This document shows positions 43,621 through 53,689 of a stretch of DNA of 53,689 nt, piece after piece. This DNA is from Prorocentrum cordatum (taxonomy: Eukaryota). The notes beneath the pieces were generated by a model. The model was not told the DNA's origin and did no database searches. It saw only the letters and a list, made by a program, of their open reading frames with translations. The translations under genes and the position numbers were made by a program. Within the stretch, counting starts at the first letter, position 1, and every line of letters begins with the position of its first letter. The stretch covers positions 62,001 to 115,689 of the forward strand of contig CAUYUJ010000299.1 of the NCBI GenBank assembly GCA_963575745.1. The letters run 5' to 3'.

Positions 43621-46409
43621 CCGAGGGCGTTGACGCCGGCGTCGGCGGTGACGTTGGGAGCGTGGGCGCTGGCGCCTGCGCTGGCGGCCGCGGAAGCGGC
43701 AACGTCCTCATAGGCGTCGGAGCCGGGGGCGCGGTCGCCGGCGTCGGGCTCGGCGGCGGCCTCGGCGTAGGCGCCCGCGCTGGCGTCGTCGCTGGCGTTG
43801 TAGGCGGCGGAGGCGGAGACATTGGGGGCGTCGGCGCTAGCGTCGCAGGAGGCGGCCCCGGTGCCAGCCCGTGTTTCGGCGTCGATGTCAGCGTCGGCGT
43901 TGGCGTCGGCGCTGACGATGGCGCAGGCGGTGACGGCGGGGTCGACGACGGTGGTGGCGTCAATGCTGGGAACGGGGCCCTCTTCGGGGCCCGCGGCGCC
44001 GAGCCTGGCCCAGTCCAGGTCACAAACCTCGTCGGCCTCCACGACCGTCTCGGCCCCGTCCGACCCCGCGGCCCTCCTCAAGTCCTCGGTGACGCTCACG
44101 CCCGCGGCGCGGTGGCGGCGAGCCTCATCCAGCAGCGGCTGCCCCAACTCCAGGGCCCCCGGGGCTTCTCGGGGGGGCTCCTCGCGATCCATCGGCGCGA
44201 CCTCCCAGGTCTCGGGCACAACCGTCAACCAGTACTGCTTGGCCTCCGGTAGCGCCCGCCCCGCCGCCTCCGCAGTTGCCCGCTCAGAGCGGTGCCCCGC
44301 GAGCGCGCCCCCGGCCCCCTCAAGGGGCAGGGCGCGCCGGCGCAGCCGCGCTTTCAGCTCGGGGCCAGCGCCGCGCCGAAGATCCGGAGCCGGCGGCGGA
44401 GGCGCCGCGTTGCGATATGCGCCAGCTCCGGCATCGGCGTCGCCGGTCGCGGCGGCGGCGGCGAAAGTGCTGGTGCCGGCGGAGGCGTCGAAGTCGCGGC
44501 CGCCGGCGTCAGCGGGCGCGTCGCAAATGGCGTCGGCGTCGGCGCGGGCGCGGGCGCAGGCGATGGGGCCAGCGCGGGCGACGGCGGAGGCGTAGGTGTC
44601 GGTGCGGTCGTCGGCGCCGGCGTCGCCCAGGTGCACAGCGCCGAGCTCCACGTCCGCGCCTGTCCACGACCCCATGCGCGCCCCCCCGTTGCGGTACTCC
44701 CTGGTGTCAGAGTCGGCGGGGGCACGGGCGCCGGCGCTGGCGCCGGCGCGGGCCTCGGCGACGGCGCGGGCGCTGGCACCAGCGGAGCCCCAGCAACCAG
44801 CCGGCAACCGGGCGCCGTGGACGTCCTCGTGGGCGCGGACCAGTTTGACCTCTGACCCTCCCGGCACCCCCGCATCGTCGTCGCCATCGTCGCCCGCTCC
44901 CGGCGCCAGGCCCGAGGCAGCCGCGGAGTCGCCCAGGGCGCGATGTTCCCCGAGGCTGGTCTCCTCGGGCTCCTCGGGAATGAGCTCCCCCTGGATAGTG
45001 GTCCTCCTCATCCTCCTCCGCCTCCTCATCCTCGCTCTCGGAAAGACCTCCTCCCTCGCCGCTCCTTCGCCTCCGCCGCCCACTCCTCTTCCTCCTCTGC
45101 CGCCGGCCCCTTCGGTCGGAGCGACCCCGCCGGGCTCGCGCGAGGGCGGCGGGGCCGCCCGCTCGGTCTCATCGTCCCCAGCGGCGCGTGGCTCCGTGAC
45201 AAAGTCCGCGGTGCCTACTCCTGCCTCGCCCCCCGTCTCTGCGGCAGCCTCGAGCTCGTCGACGCGGGCCCGCAGGTTCTCGGCGATCATGGCCCCCAGC
45301 TCGAGGTTCGTCGCCAGGCGGTCGATCCATGCCAACAGGCCGTCGATCCACGCCCACAAGTTGTCGACGTCGACGTCCGCGCGGCTCCCCGCCAAGGCCT
45401 CCTCGGCACGGAATCTGCGCGCCCGCTCGTACTCGCACGCCTGGCTCTTCCCTTGGGCGAGCCTCTCGGCCATCCTCTGTCGCCGTGCCGTCTCCTGCCG
45501 GCGAGTCGCCTCCTCTTCGTAAGCCCGGCGCCACGCTTCGGCTCCCTCGGCGGCGCGAGACCGCTCAGCCTCCAGAGCAGTGCACCGCGACCGGGCCTCG
45601 GCCAGCTTCTCCCCGGCGTCGAGCGCCTCGGTCGCCCAAAGCTGCAGGTTGGTGCCTTTCTCGGCCAGCTCAGCCTCCATGCGGCGATGTCGGAACTCTG
45701 CGCCCAACGCGCAGCAGGCCAACCAGCCAGCAACCAGCCAGCTGAAGCGCAGCGGGTCGAAGCTCAGCGCTGCCTCGCCGGGCCCGTAGGTGCCCAGGGA
45801 CCCCGTCGGCTGGCCTGATGCCTCGCCGGGTCTCCCAGGATGCGTGGGCGGGGTGCGTGGCTCTTCCCTACTGGGGCCGCCCTGGGCACCCGACCCGCCC
45901 GCTGGCTCGGCCGCGGCTGGGCTACCCGAAGGTCCGCTCCCGCGCGCGCGGCCAACGCCAGTCGTAATGGAAATGGGGCCTGCGGGCCAGGCCGCGGCTG
46001 GGCTAACTGCGGGTTCGCCCCCGCGCTCGCGGCTCGGGCCGGGCTGCGAAGATGTCGTCGTAGTCGTCGACGTCGTAGTCGTCGTCGTGGTTATGGTAAT
46101 GGTGACCCCGGGAGGTTTGGCCGGCGGCCCTCGCCCCTTCCTTCCCGCAGGCGCGGGCTTGGCGGGCGGAGCTCGCCCCTTGCCATGCCCCCCGCCGCCC
46201 GCGGGCCGGAGTTTCGGCCCGGGCTGAGATGGCGGCGCCGGCGCTGGGGACATTGCGTCCCCCGCGCGGCCAAGAAGCCACCAACCCATCGCCCCTTGGG
46301 CCGAGAACGCCCCACCAACCGCCAAGATCACGGCATGCGCCCCGAGGAAGCCCACGGCCATGGCACCGCTGGCCCGCACACCCGCCACGAGGCTGGTAGC
46401 GCCGGCCAC
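43251..46409 (-). CDS. ORF1 of the split-direct-repeat element: hydrophobic N-terminus, predicted TM helix, ~130-aa coiled coil, Ala-rich tail
   Basis: Begins just inside repeat A1; FSWLVAGWLACCALGAEF followed by an EAELAEK...LRARVDELEAAA heptad region. Confidence 0.55.
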   Translation of the reverse strand: MAGATSLVAGVRASGAMAVGFLGAHAVILAVGGAFSAQGAMGWWLLGRAGDAMSPAPAPPSQPGPKLRPAGGGGHGKGRAPPAKPAPAGRKGRGPPAKPPGVTITITTTTTTTSTTTTTSSQPGPSRERGGEPAVSPAAAWPAGPISITTGVGRARGSGPSGSPAAAEPAGGSGAQGGPSREEPRTPPTHPGRPGEASGQPTGSLGTYGPGEAALSFDPLRFSWLVAGWLACCALGAEFRHRRMEAELAEKGTNLQLWATEALDAGEKLAEARSRCTALEAERSRAAEGAEAWRRAYEEEATRRQETARRQRMAERLAQGKSQACEYERARRFRAEEALAGSRADVDVDNLWAWIDGLLAWIDRLATNLELGAMIAENLRARVDELEAAAETGGEAGVGTADFVTEPRAAGDDETERAAPPPSREPGGVAPTEGAGGRGGRGVGGGGEGAAREEVFPRARMRRRRRMRRTTIQGELIPEEPEETSLGEHRALGDSAAASGLAPGAGDDGDDDAGVPGGSEVKLVRAHEDVHGARLPAGCWGSAGASARAVAEARAGASAGARAPADSDTREYRNGGARMGSWTGADVELGAVHLGDAGADDRTDTYASAVARAGPIACARARADADAICDAPADAGGRDFDASAGTSTFAAAAATGDADAGAGAYRNAAPPPPAPDLRRGAGPELKARLRRRALPLEGAGGALAGHRSERATAEAAGRALPEAKQYWLTVVPETWEVAPMDREEPPREAPGALELGQPLLDEARRHRAAGVSVTEDLRRAAGSDGAETVVEADEVCDLDWARLGAAGPEEGPVPSIDATTVVDPAVTACAIVSADANADADIDAETRAGTGAASCDASADAPNVSASAAYNASDDASAGAYAEAAAEPDAGDRAPGSDAYEDVAASAAASAGASAHAPNVTADAGVNALGCEARVGAAAHPARAQAPAPTLSPSPARRPARSGPCVGPDLAPGAPTWDSAPAPTPASRSAPAPRPTPTSAPAPTYAPTPTPPMPMQALPPPRPPTPRPAPTLAPPPAPTPAPLPARTTRSGT

Positions 46410-46481
46410 GTCCGCACACCCGCTCCCCAGAGCTGGCGGTGCAGGGCGCTGCGGTTTTGGCCGCCCCGCGGCCCCCCGGGA

Positions 46482-46595
46482 CCCCCGAGTCCTGGCTCGA
46501 TCTCGAGCCCACGACTACGGACCCCAAATGGCTATGGCAAAGCCCCCACTTCCCTACGCTGAACCTGCAGTCTACCAACATAACAGACTATACAA
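46482..46595 (+). repeat. A1 terminal repeat (114 bp)
   Basis: Identical to 32676-32789. Confidence 0.95.
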
Positions 46596-48270
46596 TTTTG
46601 GTTTTAATGCAAAGTCGGTTCCCCCAATTGTCTCGATAGTAGTACTGCAGCTACAGACCTGAGAACTTCACAAGCACACGCGGCATAACCCACTACTGGT
46701 GCGAAAAGTACTGGTTCCCAAAACGAATTTTCAAATCGCTCACAATCTTCCAAAAACCGATCATCACATTTTCCGCCCAGGCCGGGCGGGCCAACTAGCT
46801 CCACCCCGCGCCGGAATCCCACCAGCCCTCTAGGCGTAGGTGGTTGTGGGAGTTTCCTCTTCCAACCTCCTTCATCCCCTTCGGGGAGGGGTTTACCCCT
46901 CCCCCTAACCCCCTCCCCTGGACTTGGACGGGGGGGGCCGCTGGTAGTGAGAGCGTCCAAAACGGCCTCGGCGAGGAAGCCAAAATCATCGGTTTTACTA
47001 AGGTTTTGGCCGATGATGGAGGCTCCCGAGGGGGGGCGCTAATTGGGGGACCCCCTTCCTTTGATCGATCACCTCCAAGATGGCCCCAAGAGCGCTCCCA
47101 AGGCTCCCAAGAGCGCCCCATGAGGGCCTCATGAGGCGCCCAGGAGGTCCCAAGAGGAGACCAGGAGGCCCCAAGAGGCCTCCAAGAGCCCCCCAAAATA
47201 CCCCCAAAAGGCCCCCAAGTGGCCCCAAGAGGCTCCCACGAGGCACCCAAGACGGTCCAAGAAGCTCCCGGGATCGCCAAGAGGCCCCCAAGACGCCCCA
47301 AGAGACCTCAAAGAATGTCCCAAGAGACATCCCAAGAGACTCCGCGAGGCATTCAAGAGGCCTTTGACTCTTCTGATCGCCCTTATCCTCCTCCTCCTCA
47401 CCCTCATCATCACCATCATCATCATCATCACCATCACCATCGTCAAGACCACCACCATCATCGTCATCATCAACATCATCAATATCAACATCAACATCAT
47501 CATCCGCCTATTCCTCCTCCTCCTCATTCCTCCCTCCCCACCCTCATCATCCTCCTCCTCTTCCGCCTCCGACTCCTCCTCCATCCCCCCCCCCCCTTGG
47601 GGTGCGACGGCCTCCCCAGCCCCTTGTTCCTCTGTATGCTGCCCCGCTTCCATGATCACCTCTACTCGCCTGGGCGTCGTTTCTGGATGGGCTGGTGGGG
47701 ATGCGCGAGGCGTCAAGAATTCCTCTAGCTCATCGATGCCAAAGAACTCTACGGGGTACTACAAGTCTGAAGCCCTTTTATCTTTCCCAGAAGCTATCCG
47801 GGAAATGCAAGGCGCCCGGAGGGCGTGGAACGGCTAATCGAAAGGCTCTGGAAGGACCTGGAGACAGCGTCGAAGGACTTTCTGGAGAGCTTGTGGGCAC
47901 CCTTACTGGGGTTGGCTTAAGATAGGTCTCTCGGGACACGCTGCGGCGTCAAGCGGAGCGCAGCGGCGCTGGGAAGCGGAAGCAAAAATGATCTCCGGGG
48001 CTCCCCTGCGGCTCCGGCTTCTTAATCTTAACTTTCCTATAGTTTTCCGGGGATTCAGAAGCCGGAGCCGCAGGGTAGCCCCGGAAATCATGTTGGCTTC
48101 TGGCAAAGATCCTCGGCGCGCCTGAAGCGAAGCTGCAGCGTTGTCCGGCAAGCCTTTTCTAAGCGTGTCCCAGTAGGCGTGCTGGGGAACTCTGCAGAAC
48201 GTCCTGTGGACATTCTCTCCAAGTTCTTCTGGAATTCTTCGACGGCCCTTTCCGCGGCCCTTTCGCGCCC
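46596..48270 (+). repeat. Remainder of complex repeat copy 2
   Basis: Near-identical to 8866-10582, with a shorter (CAT)n tract. Confidence 0.92.
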
Positions 48271-48659
48271 TTCTATCGGGGTTTTAGACCCCGCAAATCT
48301 CTAACCACCTGAATTCTCAGAAAGCTATCTCGGAATTGCAACGGGTCCCGAAAGGCCTGTACTAGGCGTTTCCAAATGCGCGTGCCCGGAAGTTCTCCCG
48401 AAGGTCCTTCGGGAACTCGCTCGAATTTTTTCCAGAAGTATTCAGCAAACGTTCCACGGCCTTCGGGCGCCCTGCTCTCCAAGTTCTGGACCCCGCAAGG
48501 CTAAATTTCGAAAAGATATGACAGGTCATTTGCAGAAAGTGAATCGTCATTCCGTGTAGCGGGCTATGCAGCGTTCTCCTGCCTTAGTTTCAGGTCCTTA
48601 GGTACAACTACTTTCAAAACACTTCGAGCAACCTGCGTCGTGTGATATTATTTGTTTTG

Positions 48660-49650
48660 CACGCGCCCGGTTTGCACTTGATCTCGAAATTTAGAGCAGT
48701 TGCATCTGCAGAGCTCTCAGTCACACGAGTCGATTCAGCAGCTTTGGAAACCATGGATTACAGCCTCAAAAACTCTGAGCTCGGTCTCGTATCCGAGCTA
48801 TGATCGCACAACTACTAGCACTCTGTTTTTATTTGGTACGCGTTCGGTGTACGGATTTCGTTTTAATATTGAAAGCAGCTGCAAAGCTCCCAGTTACCAC
48901 AATCGATCCAGAAACATCGACAGCATTGGACTAGAGTATCAAAAGGCCTGAGATCGGTCTGGTACCCGAGTTATGACCGAACAACTATCCGTACTCTACG
49001 TTTTTTCGGGCACGTTCGGTTTAACGACTTGATCTAGAGATTTGGAGCGGCCACGAAGCTCTGAATCACACGAGTCGAGTCGGAACTATTGAGTGTATTG
49101 GTCTCGAGCATCGGGAGGCCTGTGCTCGGTCTTTTATCCGAGCTATGACAGAACAGCTGTTCGTACTCTGAAATATTATTAATACGCGTTTGGATTATAA
49201 ACTGGGTCTCAATATTTGGAGCAGTTGCAAAGCCCCCACTCACAGCAATCGATTCAGCAACATCGAGAACGCAGCTGTGGAGCATCGAAATGCATGAGAC
49301 AGGCGTGCTACCCAGCTATGACTGAAAACGAATAGCACTCTGCATCTTCTTTTGGGACGCGCTCGGTTTACGGACTTGATCTCGATCTAGACATGCTACA
49401 GAGCGCTTGTTCACGCGAGTCGATTCAGCAGGATCGAAAGCATTGGTCTGGAGCCTCGAGAGACCTGAACTCAGTCTCCTATCCGAACTATGACCGAAAA
49501 ACTACTCGCACTCTGCAAGTTATTCTGGTGCGCGTTCGGCTTACGGACTTGGACCGACATTCAGAACAACTACAGACCCCTGTTTAATACGAGCCGATTC
49601 AGCAGCATCGAAATCATTGGTCTAAGGCCTTGAGAGACCTGAGCTTGGTG
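48660..49650 (-). repeat. Diverged, inverted array of the ~175-bp satellite
   Basis: Anchor (G/C)A(G/A)(C/T)TATGA at about 48795, 48969, 49140, 49313 and 49485. CTGAACTCAGTCT..TATCCGAACTA is a diverged reverse complement of the left-side monomer anchor. Confidence 0.75.
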
Positions 49651-49823
49651 TCCGGCCCAGACACCCCGCCTGGAGAGACCAACCAACAAATTCAATATAA
49701 TTTTGCCCGCAAGGGTGTTCCTGGACTGTCCTGGCCCAGACAACTCACCGATCAAAAACATCGGAAATTACGCGACCGGGGAACCCCACATACCTATTCT
49801 ATTTCCCATGTGCACCATCGGTG

Positions 49824-50037
49824 CTTCTGCTGCTGCTCCTCCTTCTCCTCCTCGGTGTCCTTCTCCTGCTGCTGCTTCTGCTGCTGCTGCTGCTGCGTCT
49901 GCTGCTGCAGCTGCTGCTGCTGCTGCCGCTGCTGCTGCCCCACCTCCCCGTCCTCCTCCTCCTCCTCCTCCTCCTCCTCCTCCTCCTCCTCCTCCTCCTC
50001 CTCCTCCTCCTCCTCCTCCTCCTCTACCTCCTCCTCC
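49824..50037. repeat. (CTG)n and (CCT)n microsatellites
   Basis: Directly visible. Confidence 0.95.
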
Positions 50038-50047
50038 AACCTCCCGG

Positions 50048-51370
50048 CGCACCCCCTGTGGCGTCGAGGACATGCCACGCCTGCCACGCCCTGGGGGCCT
50101 GCAGCGCATAGGGCCCCCACCCCCAACGCACCCCCTGTGGCGTCGAGGAAACGCCACGCGTGCCACGCCCTGGGAGCCTGCAGCGCATAGGGCCCCCACC
50201 CCCAGCGCCCCCTTTGTGGCGTCGAGGAAATGCCACGCCACGACTGCGAGCTGCAGCGCTTTAGGAAGGCCCCCAACCCCAGCGCACCCCCTTGTGGCGT
50301 CGAGGAAATGCCACGCCTGCCAAGCCCTGGGGCCTGCAGCGCATAGGGCCCCCACCCCCAGCGCACCCCTGTGGCGTCGAGGGAAATGCCACGCCTGCCA
50401 CGCCCTGGGAGCCTGCAGCGCATAGGGCCCCACCCCCAGCGCACCCCTTGTGGCGTCGAGGAAATGCGCCACGCCCTGGGAGCCTGCAGCGCATAGGGCA
50501 CCCACCCCCAGCGCACCCCCTGTGGCGACGAGGAAATGCCACGCCTGCCACGCCCTGGGAGCCTGAGCGCATAGGGGCCCCATCCCCAGCGCACCCCCTC
50601 TGGTGTCGAGGAAGGGCCACGCCTGCACGCTTGAAAAGGCCCGAAGCGCATAGGGCCCCCACCCCCAGCGCACCCCCCCTGGTGTCGAGGAAATGCCACG
50701 CCCTGCCACGCTGTTGCGAGCCCGCAACAGATAGGGCCCCCACCCCCAACGCACCCCCTCTGGTGGTCGAGGAAATTGCCACGCCTGCCACGCCGCTGGG
50801 AGCCTGCAGAGCAAAAAAAAAGGGCCCCCACCCCCAGCGCCCCCCCTGTGGCGTCGAGGAAATGCCACGGCTGCCACACTTTGCGAACCTGCAGCGCATA
50901 GGGCCCCCACCCCCAGCGCACCCCTTGTGGCGTCGAGGAAATGCCACGCCTGCTACGCTTTGCGAGCCTGCAGCGCATAGGGCCCCCACCCCCGCCCCCC
51001 TGTGGCGTCGTGGAAGTGCACGCCTTGACCACGCTTTGCGAGGGCCCGGAAAACGCATAGGGCCCCCACCCCCAGCGCACCCACTCTGGTGTAGAGGAAT
51101 ACCACCCGCCTCTGCCACGATTGCGGCTCCCGAAGGGATCGGGCCCCCACCCCAGGCGCACCCCTCTGGTGTCGAGGAAGTGCCACGCGCCACGCTTTGA
51201 GAGCCGAAGAGCCATAGGGCCCCCATCCAGCGCACCCCCCCCTGGTGTCGAGGAAGTGCCACGCCTGCCACGCTTTGCGAGCCCGAAGCGCATAGGCCCC
51301 CCCCCCAGCGCACCCCCTCTGGTGTCCAGGAAGTGCCACGCCTGCCACGCTTTCGAGGAAGTGCCACGCC
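50048..51370 (+). repeat. ~78-bp minisatellite, about 16-17 copies
   Basis: GTGGCGTCGAGGAAATGCCACG...GCAGCGCATAGGGCCCCCACCCCCAGCGCACC at 50058, 50137, 50216, 50294, 50371, 50449 and onwards. Confidence 0.95.
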
Positions 51371-51711
51371 TTCTATGCCTGGACGACCGTCGTGCATAGC
51401 GGCCATATCGGGACGTGTCTCATGTGGGTGCCCACTAGGTGGCGCACACGTCGTGGATGTGTGATGCAGTGAACACGCCAGGCGCGCACTAGCGTTGTAT
51501 GGTGTGTGTGTGTGTGTGTTGTGTGCGAATGTGTGCATGCGTGTGGCTGTATGTAGACGCGTGTGTTATGTACTTGCCGTGCATGTGCTGAACGCGGGTG
51601 AGAAAAGGAAGAAGAGGGAGGAAGGGAGGTGTGAGGAGACGCGGGTGCGCCGTGGCAGGGAAGAAAATCATAACCCCACGAAACATGTGGGGAATTGATC
51701 ACATCTTGCGC

Positions 51712-52385
51712 GCATTGCTGCTCCCAGACGGTCTTGGCCCAAACACCCCACTGGGAGGGACGGGCCCGGAAATTTCAAACACTCTTGCGAGCAATGCTGC
51801 TCCCGCACGGTCCCGGCCCAGACACCCCACCGGGAAGGACCAAACAAGAAATTTCACGAAATCGTGCGCGCAATGCTACTTCTGGATTGGACGGAACCAG
51901 CCTAGACACCCCAGCGGGAAATACTATATTCAGTAATAATCAGGAAATACTATATATATATATATATATAGAGATATAAACGCAATGCTGCTCCCGGACG
52001 GTTTGGTAGCCGTTGCATGCCGGTCTTTGAAACGACACTCGGTGAATTTTTGCATGTCCGAGGTTTCTTAAATTTCCGTGTCGCTCCTCCTGCTGGGGCG
52101 TCTCGGACGGGACCGTCGGTCACCAGCATTACGCAAAATTTCGTATAATTTCTGGCTCTGGGCCGGGACGTGTCCGGGAGCATGATGAAACGCAGAATTT
52201 CATTGCATTTCCGGGTTGGTCCATCCCGATGGGGTGTCTGGGCGGGGACCGTCAGGGAGCAAACTTTGGCGTAAGATTTCGTTAAATTTCCCGGTTGGTC
52301 TTTCTTGGTGGGATGCTGGGCTGGGACCGTCAAACCCAGTGAGATGTCTGGGCAGGCACCGTCTGGGAACAGAATTGCTGGGATT
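51712..52385. repeat. Foldback-like structure: ~85-bp units forward, (TA)n centre, same units inverted
   Basis: ACGGTCCCGGCCCAGACACCCC on the left; GGGGTGTCTGGGCGGGGACCGTC on the right. Confidence 0.75.
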
Positions 52386-52944
52386 TTGTGTGTGTGTGTG
52401 TAACTTTTTTAAACTGTAGATCATGTCCTGCCGGAAGGTGGGCGGTTACCAGCTTGTGAAATTCCACGATGAGGTTTGGCGGTTTGTACTTGAGCCATGG
52501 AAATAGAAAGAGCTTTTACACAATTACCACTATTACGATTCCAATTAATACTATTTCCAACAATTCTACAACTACAACTACAGCAACAACAACAAACATT
52601 TTAAGACAGCTCGCCCTTATCTGCTCGAGTGTCCAATAACGCGTATTTTCCCAACCCTCGATGCCCGCCCTCTTCGACATCGATCGAACCCCTTTTGGGG
52701 GGTATACCTTTCTTCCCTGCAGGCTGGGCCCCGGCATGCGGCGGGGCCGCCGCGGACCGTCAGCCTGGCCAACGGCAGCGCTGATCTGCGGGGCGGCCGC
52801 GGACCGTCGACCCGACCCCAAGAGGGACGGACGGGACCACCCACGACGACGACGACGTCGACGACGACGGCGACGACGACGACGACGGCGACGACGATGA
52901 CGAGCGAAAGCGAGAGAGAACGACAGCAAGGCCGCAAAGACACG

Positions 52945-53645
52945 AAGCAGGCCACGAAGGGCGACAGCGGGGACACGAACGGAATGCGTATGGGGCCACG
53001 AAGAGCGCGAACGAGCGGGGGCCACGAAGGGCAGATAATGCGGGGCCACAGAACACAACGATGGGGCCACTGAGGGTAGCAATTGGGCCACGTAGGACAA
53101 TGAGGGGGCCAGAAACGGCGACAATGGGACCACGAAGGGCATGCGCATGGGGCCACACCGGGAGCGAACGAGCGCGGGCCACGAAAGGCATACGTATACT
53201 GGGCCGCGGCGGGCAAGGACGGGGCCAATGAGGCCAGCAACGGGGCCACGAAGGGCAGCGAGGGGGCCACGAAGGGCGACAGCGGGGCCACGAAGGGCAT
53301 GCACATGGGGCCACCACGGACGCGAACGAGCGGGGGCCACGAAGGGCATACATATATGGAGCTACGAAGGGCAGCGAGTGGGCGACGAAGGGCTACAACG
53401 GGGCCACGAAGGGCAGCGAGGGGGCCATGAAGGGCTGCAACGGGGCCACGAAGGGCTGCGACGGGGCCACGAAGGCCAGCGAGGGGGCCACGAAGGGCTG
53501 CAACGGGGCCACGGAGGGCAACGAGGAGGCCACGAGGGGCTGCAACAGGGCCAGGGCAGCGAGGGGGCCACGAAGGGCTGCAACGGGGCCACGAAACAAA
53601 GCGAGGGGGCCACGAAGGGCTGCAACGGGGCCACGAAGGGCAGCG
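52945..53645 (+). repeat. ~21-bp minisatellite GGGGCCACGAAGGGC(T/A)GC(A/G)A(C/G)
   Basis: More than 20 recurring GGGGCCAC units. Confidence 0.93.
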
Positions 53646-53689
53646 AGATCCCGATTCCTAGGTAATCTGTGAGGGAGTCCTAAGCGTGA

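Larger units (their letters stand above)
32412..46595 (-). mobile_element. 14.2-kb element with split direct repeats (PAT/Ngaro-type DIRS architecture), apparently non-autonomous
   Basis: Minus-strand order A1(46595-46482)..B1(33000-32790)-A2(32789-32676)-spacer-B2(32625-32412). Inserted without TSD at TATTG^TTTTGG (empty site at 8865/8866). Confidence 0.85.

Noticed and set aside
32412..46595. LTR retrotransposon interpretation
   Set aside because: The repeats are split (A..B-A-B), with no TSD, no TG..CA pair and no integrase or RT.
50048..51370. CRISPR array, or the 300-500-aa ORFs
   Set aside because: The whole 78-bp unit repeats with no unique spacers; the ORFs are translations of a GC-rich minisatellite.
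52516..53672. ORFs over the terminal region
   Set aside because: Translations of the 21-bp minisatellite and (GAC)n.

Overview
GC-rich eukaryotic genomic DNA, most likely dinoflagellate. The evidence is spliced-leader-like relics, GA/GC/GT..AG introns with AG|G junctions, and KRPAA-type proteins. There is no recognisable host housekeeping gene: the window is a nest of repeats and mobile elements. The main feature is a 19,720-bp DNA transposon (10767-30486) with 32-bp CCC...GGG terminal inverted repeats and a TA target-site duplication, supported by an uninterrupted paralogous site at about 4700. It carries at least six intron-containing or single-exon genes, all on the minus strand. One is a CMC (CACTA/Mirage/Chapaev)-like DDE transposase, followed 65 bp later by a C5 cytosine DNA methyltransferase; four more are unknown cargo genes, and there are CpG-rich internal hairpins. 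A second 14.2-kb insertion (32412-46595) has the split-direct-repeat layout (A1..B1-A2-B2, no TSD) of PAT/Ngaro tyrosine-recombinase retroelements, but encodes only a membrane/coiled-coil protein and huge Pro-Thr-Ala repeat ORFs. A 464-bp RNase H-encoding fragment is inserted next to it. The rest is a ~176-bp satellite, a ~290-bp repeat with a 36-bp palindromic core, and mini- and microsatellites. Gene models were assembled by hand from reading-frame continuity; no database searches were run.
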